A stretch of DNA of 64,000 nucleotides from Cyanophora paradoxa CCMP329. Lineage: Eukaryota > Plantae > Glaucophyta. This document shows positions 38,301 to 51,253 of this stretch, one piece after another. The notes under the pieces were generated by a model, which made no database searches, had not been told where the DNA came from, and was given only the letters and a program-made list of their open reading frames with translations. Numbering within the stretch: position 1 is the first letter of the stretch; each line of letters begins with the position of its first letter. The translations under genes were made by a program, and so were the position numbers. The stretch is taken from contig QPMI01000516.1 of the NCBI GenBank assembly GCA_004431415.1, positions 196,554 through 260,553 on the forward strand, in the 5' to 3' direction.

Positions 38301-41300
38301 CGCGATGAGGCGGGGCCCCAGGGGGAAGCCCTCCTGGCCCGCGTCGTTCTTCGCCAGGATGTGGAAGAGCCGCTGCGGGGCAGAAGAAGAAGAAGCAGAG
38401 CGGCGAGTGAGAAGGGGCGGGGACAGGGAGATCAGAGGACGACTCCGTCTCTCTCTTTCCTCTCTTTCTCTTTCGTCCCGTCTTCCCTTCTCTATCTCTC
38501 TTTCTCTTTCGCCTCGTTCAGCAGCGCGCACGTGCATGGTGTCGGTGAGGGAGATCGGACCCCCGCGGGTGACCTTGAGCGTCGGCGGCGGCGGGCCCGA
38601 GAGCGTCGGCGGGCAGTCCGCTGACCCGGGCACCTGGATCAGACGGCTCAGACGGCCGCTCAGGCGGCTGGGCTTTAGGGAGAGGGGGGTACGGGCACGG
38701 ACCACGAGCGCCTCGACGCCCGAGAGGTTCTGGACGTAGTAGTCCATGACCTGGGGGCGGGGGGGGAAGAGGGTCGGGAGGGGTACAGGGGCCAAGGGAG
38801 GGGGGTAGGGCACCTCGCCGAAGACGCGGATGTCGCGCAGGCCCTTGATGAGCCTGCGCTCGAAGAGAAGGAACGTAAGAAGAGAAGAGAAAGAGAAAGC
38901 AGAGGGGAGGACGAAGGAAGGCGCCCCGCCCCGCCCCTCTCCCGCCCCTCCCTCCCCTCTAAGAAAGAAGAGAAGAAGAGGGGTACGCACCGCTGGAGGA
39001 CGTGGTTGTGGCGGTCCTCGACGTCCGCCTCCACCGCCGCCCGCAGCCGCCGGAAGCTGTCGGGGCGTCAGGCGGAGGCGCGGGCCCGGGGTCGAGAGGA
39101 GGGGGAGGGAGGAGCCTAGACGGATAGACGGCTGGATGGGAGCTTTGCGCGGGGCGAGCGGCGGCGGCGGCGGCGGCGTCAGGCGCGGGGGTTGAGAGGA
39201 GGAAGGATCGTAGATGTACGATAAAGCCGAGAGAAGCTCAGAGGCTCGCCTGTTGCGGGTGAGGCGCTCCTCGATCTCGGGGGTGCGCTGCCGCCGCTTC
39301 AGGCGCCAGAAGAGCATTGCGAAGGGCTGCGGCGAAAGGCCCGGGGTCAGGGCGGGGCGGGGCGAGTAGGAGGCAAAGGGGCAGGGCGGGCCTGCAGGAC
39401 GGTGTAGCTGCGCCCGTACACGACCTGTGGGGGGGTGAGCCAAGGACAAGGGGCCGGGGCCGGGACGGGGCGGGGAGAACGGGCGGGCCTCGTCGCGGGT
39501 GAAGATGTTGCGGGCCTCCTCGGCGAGCGCAGCCTCCTCCTCACCCAGCTGCGCCTTCTCCTGCGCCCCGGAAGTGAGCGGGCGGGCGGGCGGGCGCTGC
39601 GAAGGGATCCGATCCGGGGCGCCGGCTAGCGGATCCGGTCAAGCTAGCTCCTTTAAAAGGACCGCCCCTCTAAGAATTCGATCCTATATCCGATCCGATC
39701 CGATCCGGTCCGGGCGGACCTCGTCGGGGACGAGCAAGTCGACCCACTCGTAGGCGTGCTGCGGCCCGCCCTCCGCGTCCGAAGGGATCGCCTCTGCGGG
39801 GGGGGGGGGCGCCAGCTCAGAAGTTTCAGAAGGGCGGGTGGGGCGCGGCATCGTAGGAAGGGGGGCCGGCGGGGGGGGGGGGGGGGGGGGCGTCAGCCGG
39901 GGCTGGTCTAGCCGGAGGAGTGTGTAGGAGGGCCGGTCTTAGAGTCTAGAAGGTTTAGAGGAGGGCGGGGCGGGGCGGGGACCGGCGAGCGGGGAGCAGT
40001 CCACGGCCAGGAGGGCCTTGCTGCTCGAGAAATTCGTCGCCACCAGCACCACCTGTACCCCCCCGGACAACTCAGATGCGGTTAAGATCTGAACTGGGGG
40101 GGGGGGGGGGGGTGCGAGCCTCGGGGTCGCCGGTGCCGGTCTCGACGACGGGCAGGTGCCGCGCGAACGCCAGCACGTTCACCGGTACCCCCCTGGAGGA
40201 GAGTGGGGTGAGTTGGGGTACGGGAGGAAGAGAAAAGAAAGGATGACGATGTACCCCTTGCCGAGGGCCTCGAGGAAGGTGCAGCGGCCGTACTGGATGA
40301 GCGGGAGCATGCGGCGCAGGTTGCGCCGGTGCGAGTAGTGCAGCTGCGCGGCGCGCGCGAGCACACGCACGCGTCAACACCGACGTGTATCTTTTTTTTT
40401 TCGCTTAGCGATGCGAGCCCCGCTTGCTTGGCCCATCTAATCTTCTCCAATCTAACCCAACGAATCGTCTCTTGTCCATCTAATCTCCTCATTCTCCTCA
40501 CCTTGATGAGGTCCAGGTCGGTGCCGCCGAAGGAGGGCGGCGCCGCCGCCGCGAGGGCCGCCAGGCCCCCCCCGAACCCGCTCACACTCATCCTGTTCGC
40601 TGTGTGAAAAAGGGCGCGGAGAAGAAACAGGGGCGCGGCGCACGAGAAGGCGTTGCCCTGGCTGTAGAACATGCCGCTCGGGGCGCGGGTCATGCCCCGC
40701 GGCTGCGGATCAGATCAGGTCAGATCATATCATATCACATCGCCCGAAGAAGAATGGAGAGCGGGCACCTGCGGGGGCGCCAGCGTGAGCGAGGTGGCGG
40801 CGTCCGCGGTGGCCGGCTGGAAGCCCATGCCCATCCCGTTCGCCGCCGCGGGAGGCAGCGACGGCGCCGTCTCGTGCGAGTGCTGCAGATTGCTAAAGCG
40901 TTCAGCGATCAGAAGAAAGCCAGAAGAGTTTGCTGCGGACCTCGCGGGCGATGGCGGGCATGTCGCGGGAAAGCGAGGTGAGGTCCGCCATCGACACCCC
41001 GATCTGCGCGCGCGGGGGCGGGGCGGCGGGGCGGTGAGTGAGGGGGCGCAGGCGGGCGGGCGGTGGGAGAGTGGGCCTCTAGCACTCCCAGCGCCTCAAA
41101 AGGTGAGAGAGCGGTGGGAAGGCGGAGGCGGGAGGCGCGGCCGGCAGGCATTGGGTAGCGGGCGGGGCGGGCGGGGAGGGCGGACCTTGGTGCGGCGGAG
41201 GCCGCCGCCCATGCCGCCACCCCCGCCGAGGCCGCCCCCGCCCAGGCCGCCGCCCAGAGAGAAGGAGTCCGGTGAATCCGCCCCGTGCAGCGCCCGGATC

Positions 41301-44300
41301 TGAGGAGAGCAACAGTAAGGAGGGGGTCCGGAGGCTTCAAAGGGCCGGGGACGGGGCCGGGGCCGCGTCGGCGGGGAGGAAAGAAAGAAGGTTCCCCTCT
41401 GAAGGGCCGGGGACGGACGGGCGGACGGACCTGGGGGGAGCCGGAGACGTGGAGGCCCGGGGCCGCGAGCTGCTGCTGCCGCCCGGCGATCGCCCCGCGC
41501 AGCAGGTTCTGCGGGGGTGGGGGCGGGCCGGGCCGTCTCAGCGCGCAGCGGGGGCGGAGGCAGAGGCGGAGAAGGCGGGCGGGGCGGGGCAGGCACCTGC
41601 TTGGCGGCGAGGCCGGCCGAGGCCGACGAGAGCTCCGCCAGGTTCGACGACGAGAGCTGCGCAAGGGGGCGGGAGGCAGGCGTGAGCGAGCGGGGGGAGA
41701 AGGAGGCGGGAGGGGCGGCTTGCCTGGCGGGAGCCGAGGGAGGGCGGGGCCGGCGGGATGAGCTGCGCGGCGGAGCAGCAGGAAGAAGTCGTCAGCGCGG
41801 GGACGAGGAAGCGTGGAAGCCCCCTCCGATCTCGAGGAAACTTCGAGGCGGACCTGCTCGGCGCGGCTCTGGAGGGGGTGCTTCGGCTGCTGCGACGGGT
41901 GCTGCGGCTCCGGCGCGTAGCTCTCCACCGACCTGCGAGCGAGCGAAGGCCGAGGACAGGGGGAGGGGGGAGGGGGGGGGGCGAAGCTCAGCTCAGCTTT
42001 TCGGAGCAGAGCTTTTGAGAGTCGTGGGGGCGGCGCCGGGCGGGCGGGCGGGCGAGCGGCGCCAGACCCTCCGGGCCCTAGACTTCTCTCTCTTCGAGCG
42101 TCTAAGCGATGAGCGTCTAAGTAAGCAGCGTACCCCTCGTACTCGGAGGGGGACTGGAAGGAGTAGAGGCCGGCCATGTCCGGCCGCTCCATCTTCCTGC
42201 GGGGGGATGGAATCAGATCAGATCGGATCGGATATGATCTGAGCCGAGCGGCGAGGGCGGGGCGCGGCCGCGGCTGGCGCCTGCACAGCCGCCTATCGCC
42301 TACGATGCTCCCAGCGACTTCGGGCGGGGCGGGCAAGAAAGCGTACCCCTCCTCCTCGCCGGCGAAGGTCATGGGGATGTCGGGGAGGAGGAAGAGCACG
42401 TCTACCGCCGCCCACGCCCCGCTGCGCGCGGACGAAGGAGAATGATAAGTACCGGATCGAATCGGATCGGAGTCGGGAGGGGCGGGGCGGGGCGGGGCGG
42501 GGCGGGGCGGGGCGGGGCGGGGCGGGGCAGGACTTCATTCTTTCCGAGGATCTAGGCTAACGCTTCTAATTCTAGATTAAGCCAAGGCTTGTCTAAGGCT
42601 TCTAAGGCTTCTAAGCTCCACTCTGTTCGTCCACGCACTTTCCGAAGAGGGCGGTGGGGTAGGGGAGGCGGTGCCCGCAGATGGAGCCGACGCAGAAGGC
42701 CCCCTCGGGGAGGGCGCCCCGCGCCTCCCGCCACCACCCGTTCACCTCCGCCATCTGCGCCCGCCCCGCGCCCGCTCAGATGAATGGATGAAAAGACGAT
42801 AACACCAGCTTAGGGCTGAGCTGAGAAGCGCAGCCTAGTGCCGCTAGATCCCCGCATCCTCCTCGCACCTTGGTGGGCTCGGCGCGGGCGACGCGGCCGG
42901 AGCGGGCGACCTCGCGCCCGAAGAGCGACGCGAGGCGCGGCGCCAGCTCCGACGCGTGCGGCACGACGCCCGAGAGCGCCAGCGCCCGCTCCCGGCCCCT
43001 GCGGAGCGGAAAGGTGCGTGGGTGGATCGAAGCCGGCTGGCTGGCTGTTTCCTATTCCTAAGGGCGGGGCGGGGCGGGCGGACCAGGCGGTCTCGGCGAG
43101 GAAGACGAAGTCGGGGTGGCGCGCCCACACCGCCCGCGTCAGCTGCCCCCGGGGGGAGAGGGGGATGTCAGCCGGGGCGAGAAGAGAAGGATGCGGTGGA
43201 GGGATCCGGGGGGGTTGGGTTGCTCGGCCCCGCGCGGGGTTGGGTTGGAGGGAGGGGCCCGGCGCCTCTGCGCCCCGGCGCGGCCCGGCGCACCTTCGCC
43301 AGCAGGGGGTTCGCGTACCCGGCCTCCGCCGCCGGCGTGTTCCAGTACCCCGCCTGCGCGAGACGCCCCTCGTCAGGGCCACCACCCGCGCGCCTCTCGG
43401 CATTACATCTTAGTCCTCGCATCTCTTATCTCGGATCTTAGCTCTGGAATCTAGTCATCTAGTCCTCGGGGCGGGGGCGGGGGCGGGGGCGGGCAGAGGC
43501 GGACCTCGGCGTGGGGCTTGACGACGGCGCCCTCGAGGACGTCCACCGCCCCGTACACAGGCGCGCTCGGCCCGTCGTACCTGAGGAGAGAGATGGATGA
43601 GATTAGATTGGATTAGATTAGATCGGATGAGATGGATGGATGAGATGGGAGCGCACCCGGGCTCCACCCGCCGCAGCTCCTCCTGCGGGCGCGCGGGCGC
43701 GTCAGGGCCGCTCACGGACCGAGCTAAAGATAGACAGCCCAGCGGGGGGGGCGGGGGAGGGGTACCAGGTCGGCCTGGAGGACGAGGGGCCACGCCTGCG
43801 CGTTGTCCAGGCGCACGCCGTGCACGCGGTAGCGCGACGCCTGCGAAAGCGGAAGGCGCGGGGCGGTCGGACAGACAGGCGAGCCCGGGCGGAGAAAGCG
43901 GCTCAAGGTCCAGGCCTTCCCCTCCCCCGACCTCCTAGGAGCCCCCCGGGAGGGGGGTACGGGGGCGGGGCCGCACGAGGTAGAGTGTCTCGTAGCAGAG
44001 GAGGTCCCACGCGTCCAGCTTCCGGTAGTTCTGCGGGAGGGGAGGGAAGGGGGGGGCGCGCGGGTCAGGCGGGGGGGAGGGCGGAGTGGCGGAAGGGAGG
44101 CGGGGGCCCGTCTATGGATGGCGCGGCCACCCCTCCACGTCTAGTGTGCGCGGCTCCTAATGCTCTCCTAGTGAGCTCAAGTGCTCCTCTCCTAGGGCTC
44201 TCCCATCGCTCTCCCTGGGCTGGGGCGGGGCGGGGCGGACGGGGAGGGAGGTGTCGTCCCAGACGAGGTCGCCGCGGCCGTCCGTGCCCCGGTGCGGCAC

Positions 44301-47300
44301 CCGCCGCCCGTGCTCGTCCAGCGTGCTGCGAGGAGGGGGAGGTGGTGAGGGCGAGGGCGAGGAGGAGGGAGGGAGGGGCCGGGCTAGCGAGCTAGGGCTA
44401 GCGAGCTAGCTCGCCAGTGGCGAGCTGGCTGGGTGAGGGCGAGGAGGAGGGAGGTAGAGAAGGAGGGGGCGCGGGTCTAACTGGCTCGCTGGCTGGCTGG
44501 CTCTGGCTGGCTTGCTGGATGGCGGGGCGGGGGCGGGGGCACCTGACGAGGAGGGGCTCGTACTTGCGGCGGACGCGCCCGCCGGCCACGCGCGCCGTCA
44601 CATCCACCAGCACCTGAGGGGGCGCGAGGCGGGCGAGGCGGGGACCGGCTCAGCTCGGTCCCCTTGGATCGGACGCGGCGGCCAGGAGGGAGGGAGGGAG
44701 GAAGGACCTTGAGGCCGAGGTACGAGGCCTCGTCCACCATGTCCCTGCGAGAAGAAGGGGAAGAAAGGGCGGGCGGGGCTCAGGCGGGCGGAAGGGCGGG
44801 CGGTTGGATGGCCGAGCTAGACAGGACGCTTTCAGCCCAACCAGTACTAATCAACGGCGGACGGATGGACGGCCGAGCCAAGAACTCGGGCGCGAAAGGA
44901 CGCTTTCTGTGCGCCTAGACGGCCCAACCAGTGCTAAACAGCGACGATCCGCCTTATCGTTAGAGCGGGCGGATCAGCCTGGAGATGGGCAGCCGAGCCA
45001 AGAAGGCTCGAGCGCGAGAAGACGGTGCTAAACAGCGACGATCCGCCCTAACGCTAGCCCGAGTCGCGCAGCGGCGGAGCACGCGCCCGGGCAGCTCAGA
45101 AAGGCGGGCGGCTGAGCTGAGGCCCGTTCAGCGCACCGGAACGCCGGCTCGCCGCCGAGCATGGAGCACGGGCGCGTGCGGTCCGCAACGGCCATCGGCG
45201 ACGCGTCCGGCCGCTGCGGGGCGGGGTCGTCAGGCGGAGCGGGGCGACAGGCTGGGCTAGGCTGGGCTAGGCTGGGATAGGCTAGGCTAGCAGCAGGGGA
45301 GGGAGCGCGGTGGGGGGGAAACGGACCTGCCAGGATCCGTCCCCGCGCACGGCGCCGTTGTCACGCTCCATCGCGCCCATGACGTACAGGCTGCGGGTGG
45401 GGGGTACACGAGATCAGGGAGGGGGAGGAGGCAGGGGGGTTGGGAAGGGGGGTACCTCGTGATGCCGTCGTCCTTGAAGCGAGCGAGGGCGTCCCTCACG
45501 TTGTCGAAGGTGCCTGAGGGGTACGGCGTTCGTGTGGGCGGGGGGAGGCGGCGCCGGAGAAGGGGGGTACGCGCGGACCGCGGTGGAGGATCTGGCGGCT
45601 GACGGGGTCGATCTGAGCGTCCTGCAGGTCGGGAATGACTGCGCAGGGGAAGGGTACGCTCGCTTCAGGGGGGTACGATGGCGGGAAGGCGGGGAGGGGG
45701 GGGAAGCGGACCCTCGTGCATCTGCTCGGAGCGGAGGGCCGCCGGGTGGACCACAAAGCGACCCTGGACGGCGGATTCCGGTACCCCCGGAACCTCCAGC
45801 AGGGAGAAGGTGCCTGCGCGAAGGGGAGGTAAGTCAGGCGCTGGCGGGGGCTGAGCCGGGCAGGGGTACGGGCGAACCATCCGAGCTGAGCTGGACGAAG
45901 CGCCAGTCGAAGAATCCCGCGCGGGGGAACGCGTTCAGCTCGACCTGCGGGCGGGTACGCGCGTCGGAAGGGGGGTACAGGTGCAGCAGAAGCCGGGGGG
46001 GGGGGAGCGGCGCACGCGCAGGTTGGGCGCGGTCTTCGAGAGGCGGTGGCGCGTCTTCATCGTGGCGTCCGACGAAACGTCGTACGATGGACCGTTCACC
46101 TGCGGATCGAATTCGATCAGCGGCCGTCCGGCAAGCCGGCGCGGGGCGGGGGGCACGCACGAGGAGGTAGACCGACTCAACGGGTACGGGGAGCGCGCTC
46201 TGCGCGGGGAGGGGGCGATGAGGGGCACCGAGAGGGGGTACGCGGGCGGGCGGCCGGGCAGGGCGCGCCTTCTGGACGGGTACGTCGACGATGAAATCGT
46301 CGCCGACCGCGCGGACGATGGCCTTGAGCGGCTCGTCTGCGCGCAGACGCGGGCGCGTCAATAATCGCCAGGCGCGTGCGCAGGTTCGAATCCCGGAGGG
46401 CGCGCACCGATCTGCCAGAAGACGCCGTCGTACAGGACGTTCAGCAGGCGGACCGAGCGATCGCGGATCGAGGCGTGCTGCGGCGGCGGGGCGGCGTCAG
46501 CTGGCCGCTGTGCGCGCGCAAATGCACTGAAAGCGGAGGTACCTGCGAGCCGAGCTGCGTGATGAGGAGCCGTTCGACGTAGCGCGTTGAGTTGGCGTCG
46601 CCCGCGAACTGGAAGTACCTGCGCGGGCGTCGGCGGCCGTGCGGGTGGGCGGAGCGGCGGGGCGCGGAGAACGCACGAGAGGTCCTCCTCGAGCTCGTCG
46701 AGCGCCTCCGCGACGACGGCCTCCTGGTCGGCGATGAGGCGCGCGACGAACGTCTGGAACTTGCCCTCGTTGTAGCGCCGGGCCGTAGCGCCCTCCAGAA
46801 CGCGCGCGCAGTCATTTCCGACGAGCGACCACGCGATGCTGTCGACCGAAGAGCCGTCTGCGCGCGGGACGCCAGGTGAGCGATTCGCGTCGGCGCGCCA
46901 TCGGCGCAGTGTGGGGTGACGCGCGGGGCTGGCGTTGGCATGGACCCGCAAACGTAAAGCCTCCCAACGACTATTGAAGTTTGTGCGCATGATCGCTAAG
47001 GGCGCCGCGACCCCGCCCCGGCTCGGAGGCTCACGCACCGCGAAGCAAGCGCTCGGCGTCCTCCTTCGCCTCGCGCGCCTTCCAGAACTCGAAGGCGGCG
47101 TTGCTTCCATTCTTGATTTCTTTGCCGGTGCCGTTCGCCACGCTCGCGTCACCGGCCAGCCCCTTCGACGAACCGGCTGGAGGCGCCATTGCAGCAACGA
47201 TGCCTACGGGAGCAGGGGCAGCTGGCGATCATGGTGAGCGTCCCTGAAATGATCGCCGCACCACGCACGGCAGTACGTACCAGCGACCACAGGCAGGGGA

Positions 47301-47392
47301 CTGCTAGACTCCCCGCGCGGGCTATCTTGCGGAGAACCTTGCGGCGACGGTCCGCTTGCCGTTCCCGAGCCGCCCTTCTTCTTCTTTGCCAT
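32371..47392 (-). CDS. Giant glycogen/starch synthase: N-terminal GH13 (amylase/debranching-like) domain + GT5 domain + C-terminal CBM48 (AMPK-beta-like), ~60+ exons
   Basis: GH13-like exons: LYVMGAMERD, VLVDVTARV, GTDGRGDLVWDD, NYRKLDAWDLL, HGVRLDNAQAWP, FVFLAE, LLPDIPMTFAGEEEG, VLAFAR, LVATNF. GT5: APELGKWSTVGGLGVMVDEL, VTNDWFTG, HIVHNL, TVSPSY, FPNGI, FVGRITEQKG, LMPSLFEPGGIVQQE, KTGGLKDTV, NGFTF. CBM48: FTFRWTQGGKEVFVAGSFDNW...GTYLYKFIVDGQW...GNVNN. ATG at 47392 (MAKKKKGG), TGA at 32371. Confidence 0.92.
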
Positions 47393-47432
47393 GGCGCTGC
47401 AGCTTGCGCGCAGGGCCGTCAGAAGTGACGTA

Positions 47433-49349
47433 CCCACCAGGAAGTTGCTCCCTGGGGCGCGCGAACTCTGCGGCGAGCTCGATCCGGTTCGGCCCGAGCG
47501 TTCTATGAAAGCAAGCGCGACATCCGATGCGTCGAATCCCAGCGCCCGCCGGAGAGATCAAATGGCCATGCCACGCGAATCGCTCATGATCAGCAGGACT
47601 CTTCGATCGAACAAGTACAGCCCCGGGAGCCCAAACAGCGCCGCGGGGCAACAACGGACGACTACCCAAGGAGCGGTGCAGTCCGCACAGCTCGGCAGCG
47701 ACGCTCCTAGGACTCGGCCCGAGGCAGACCCTCTCCCAACCCGCGAAGGGCGGTTCTGGGTGCCTAGCAAGGGCGGTCCTTCATCTCCTTAGCACGCGCA
47801 GTAGAGAGCTAGATAAGCTGGGCGACCAGGCGCAAGCTAGACAATCCCCCTGTTAAGAGCTATAGCGCAGCTGCAGCAGGTCACGCCCGAGCTGCGAAAG
47901 CGCCAGCCGACTAGGGACCACAGTGCCGCGGTCCACATGGGCGACAGAAGAAGTGCTGCCCACGCCGGCGTGAGAGAGTGCAAGAGTGCCCTTCAAGTGC
48001 ATGTGTGAGAACAGCAGCCCCGACCGAGCGGGGGCAGGGGGACGCTCTTACCAAAGCGAGGCCAAGCCGAAGCTTACAGGACCGCTTTGGGGAGCCCCAC
48101 CGAGCTGCTGCGCGCCCCAGCGAGCCCCGTCAACGCTCGCGGGCGCCAAGGGCGCATCTAAACCCGTGAGACCCGCCCGCGCCGCCCCGCTCCGCCCGCA
48201 TCGCTAGGCATCCTCGGCAACCGCAGCGTTCAACGAGCTCGACCCCGACCCGCGGCCGTCGACCGCAGTCCGGAAGTCTGCCGCGAGGGAACGGGTGAGT
48301 GCCAGGTATGGTAAAGCAGCAGCCAAGAAGAGAGATGGAGCATCAAATAGAGACAACCGAAACACGATACAATCCTACAGGCACCTCACCGCGAGGTCGC
48401 CGCCGCCGCGAACGCGGTGAGACAAGCTGCGAGTGGCAGGGTCCTTTAAGAACACCGGCAGGACACCACGGCTCGACACGGGCCACCGGACGCCCGTACC
48501 TCACGCGTGCTGAGAAGGGTCGAGGTGCGTCCTCCGACCCTCAGATGCCGCCGTCCCGCCGGCCATCTCTGTGGCCTGGAGGGGACAGTCGCGACTATCT
48601 ACTGCACGAGCCGGGGCATACGCTGCCGCCCGCCTCCGCCGACGAAGGAAGGAGGAGCGGCTGATTCACCGACCGAGAAGCGAGTCTGCCGAAGCAAGCA
48701 GGCCCTAATCAGCGCCTAATGTCGACTAGAAACGAACACTGACTGCAAACACGCACTCAACGGACGGCGAAGCGTTCACGGGTCCATATGAACAGCCTCC
48801 CGAAGACCAGCGACATCGATGAAGGGCGCGCCGGGGGCCAGGAAGGAGCCGCAGAAGTCGATGCCCGAGCCGTCATCTTGTGTCCAAGCGTGCGGGTGCG
48901 AATTTTCGATCCACGAAGACGTGGACAGGAGAGGCGTGGGGGGAACTGACGGAGGCGAAGATGGCCGCGCGGCCACGGACTGAGACCGCCGAAGATGCGC
49001 GGGAAGCCTCCTCGAAGTGAAGCGCCGACTGCCCACCCGCTTCCGCCGCCCGCCGCGGCAGCCTCTCCGCTTGCGCCGCCCGGCCGAAGAATCCTCCACC
49101 GCGCTGCGCAGCGTCGAGACACTCTTGGAGGTGATGGTGGGGGTGTCGAGGGCGCGGAAGAAGGAGCCGTGCTGCAGGAAGTTGGACGGGAGGGCGAGAA
49201 TGGTCGGGAACTTGCGGGGGAAACGGAGCGGCAGGAGCGGCGTCCGCGGCAAGGAGGGCCAACTGAACGCTGTGGAGGCGACGGACAGGGCCGGCGAGGC
49301 CGGCGAGGGCGGAAATCTGGTCATCGCAGAAAAGGGTCTTTAGGACGGG
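47433..49349 (-). mobile_element. Non-autonomous DNA-transposon-like element, copy A (1.9 kb, CCC...GGG ends, TA or GTAC duplication)
   Basis: Reverse complement of 58707-60659. Boundaries are gtgacgta|cccaccaggaagttgc and taggacggg|tacttg. Confidence 0.8.
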
Positions 49350-49423
49350 TACTTGTTGTAGAACGCGTTGCGGGTTCGGCTCCCTGCGGGTGTGTCCTGG
49401 TCCCGCGCAGGCTTTGGGGCGCC

Positions 49424-50779
49424 ATGGACGAAGATAAGAAGTCCTCTCCGACCTCTGATGCATCCAAGTCGTCAAAGCCACCAGCTGGGCCGCCTGCGAA
49501 GCCCGCAGCTGCTGGCCCGTCAGTCAGCGCCGACGACCGGTCCAAGCCCGGCAGGGGATCGCGTTTGCAGGCGAAGCATGTGATGACTGCAGTACCAGTC
49601 CTCACGCGCATCAACATCGTGCTCAAGAACAGCGAGACGTCCGAGGATCTCAAGAAAATGCGGAGCTTCGATCCCCTCGGCATGGTGATGCGCGACCGAG
49701 GCGATAAAGGAGGTGCAGGGCGCTCTACACCTTTAATGCACGACGTGAAGACGAACATCGACGTGCGCGCCCGCCCCTCCACTTGCGCAATTAAATTTCT
49801 CGTGCCATTGCCTGCCGCGGGGCGAACCAGGGCCCTCCTCTGCTTGCCTCCACACGCTTTAAGTTCATTTTAGATTATCATCTGCCCGAGACGCTCCAAC
49901 ACCTCCGCCTTGCTCCACGCGGCCCGTTCCGCGTCCAGCGCTCGCTGGTCTTTCCGCCCTGCCCGCCCCTCCTTGAGAGTCGCCCTACCTCTTGCCCTCC
50001 TTATCTCTAGCTCGAGTACACTCGGGGGAATGCGTCAGGTGGGATGGGCTCGCTCTGACAGCGGCCCCTGCAGCCGCGGACCAAGAAGCAGTACTGGACC
50101 GTGGAGGTCGACCGCATGGAGCCGATGCCGCGCAAGAGGCGCTACGACCTCGCGGTCGGCGCCGCGGTGCCGGCCTTCCTGCGAAGATCGGGCGCGGACT
50201 CGGCGGGAGGGCGTGCGGACGGGGCGCGGGCTGCGCAGCCGATGTACTCGTCCGCTGCGGTCAACCGCCTCGTTGAGGAGAACCAGAGCCTGCGGCAGGA
50301 GCTTGTGGACGCGAACGCTTCCATCACGTCGCTGCAGGACGAGAACGAAGGGCTCCGGGAGACCGCGCGCCGCTTCCGCGCGCGCGTCGAGCAGCTGGAC
50401 CCCGAGCCAGCCGAGTCCGACCCGCCCGGCCCGCCCTGCGCCGCCATGCGCGGCCTCGCCGCCGAGCTCAGGCGCGTCGAGTCTGCGCTCCGCTCGGGCG
50501 CCGCGACGCTCTCCCCCGCCGCCTCCGGCGACCTCGCCGCCGCCCTCTCCGACCTCTCCGCCCGTCTCTCCGCCATCGCTCCGCCCCGCCCCCGCCCCGC
50601 CGCCGCCCGCCAGCGCCGCCGAGCCCGGGCCCGCCGCGACCTCCTCCTCCTCTTCCTCCTCCTCCGGCGCCGGCGGCGCCGCCGCCGCCTCCGGCGCCGC
50701 GGCCGCGGCCCCCGAGGGGGGCCCCTCGCCCATGGAGGTCGACAAGGGCGGCCAGAGCGCGTCCGGCGGTGCAGTGTAG
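49424..50779 (+). CDS. Hypothetical coiled-coil protein (multi-exon)
   Basis: gccATGG start (MDEDKKSSP). Exon ends at KTNID|gtgcgc. Heptad segment VNRLVEENQSLRQELVDANASITSLQDENEGLRETARRFRARVEQL. TAG at 50777-50779. Confidence 0.7.
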
Positions 50780-51253
50780 GCGGTCAGAGCGCGTATACGT
50801 ATACATTTCGCGTTCACTCTAGCTTTATCGTTTCAAGTAGAAAGGCTACCACTCGTTTTTCATCGCTGCGGAATGTGCATGCGTCTTAGGGGCATGCGCA
50901 GGGGCGCCAGTGCTGTACTGAGCAGCTGCGGAGCTGAATCTGTAGCTAGTACTGCACGTAGAAAGAGACTCGTCGATAGAGATAATTACATTATGATATA
51001 CTTCGCGGCCTGGTCAGCGACCAATACACGCTAACGCGATTCACAAACAATAAGTTTACATTACATTAAGGTGCCCGCGGTAGGCGAGGGCGATTGGTGT
51101 ACGGACGGGGAAGGGAAATGGGGTACGGCGGAATGGACGAGGGCAGGGTACGGGGGCGAGGAAAAAGGGCGGAAGGCGGATGAATCTAGATCGAGGAAGA
51201 AGGGGGGAATGCGGATGAATCTAGATCCAGCTCAAAAATTGTCAGCTTGAGCT

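Noticed and set aside
46350-46400. GGTTCGAATCC tRNA T-loop/B-box motif
   Set aside because: The T-stem does not pair, there is no D-arm, A-box or acceptor stem, and it lies in a short intron.
47851-47870. TGTTAAGAG as a possible LTR terminus within the repeated element
   Set aside because: No matching opposite LTR end, PBS or PPT, and homology between the copies continues past it.
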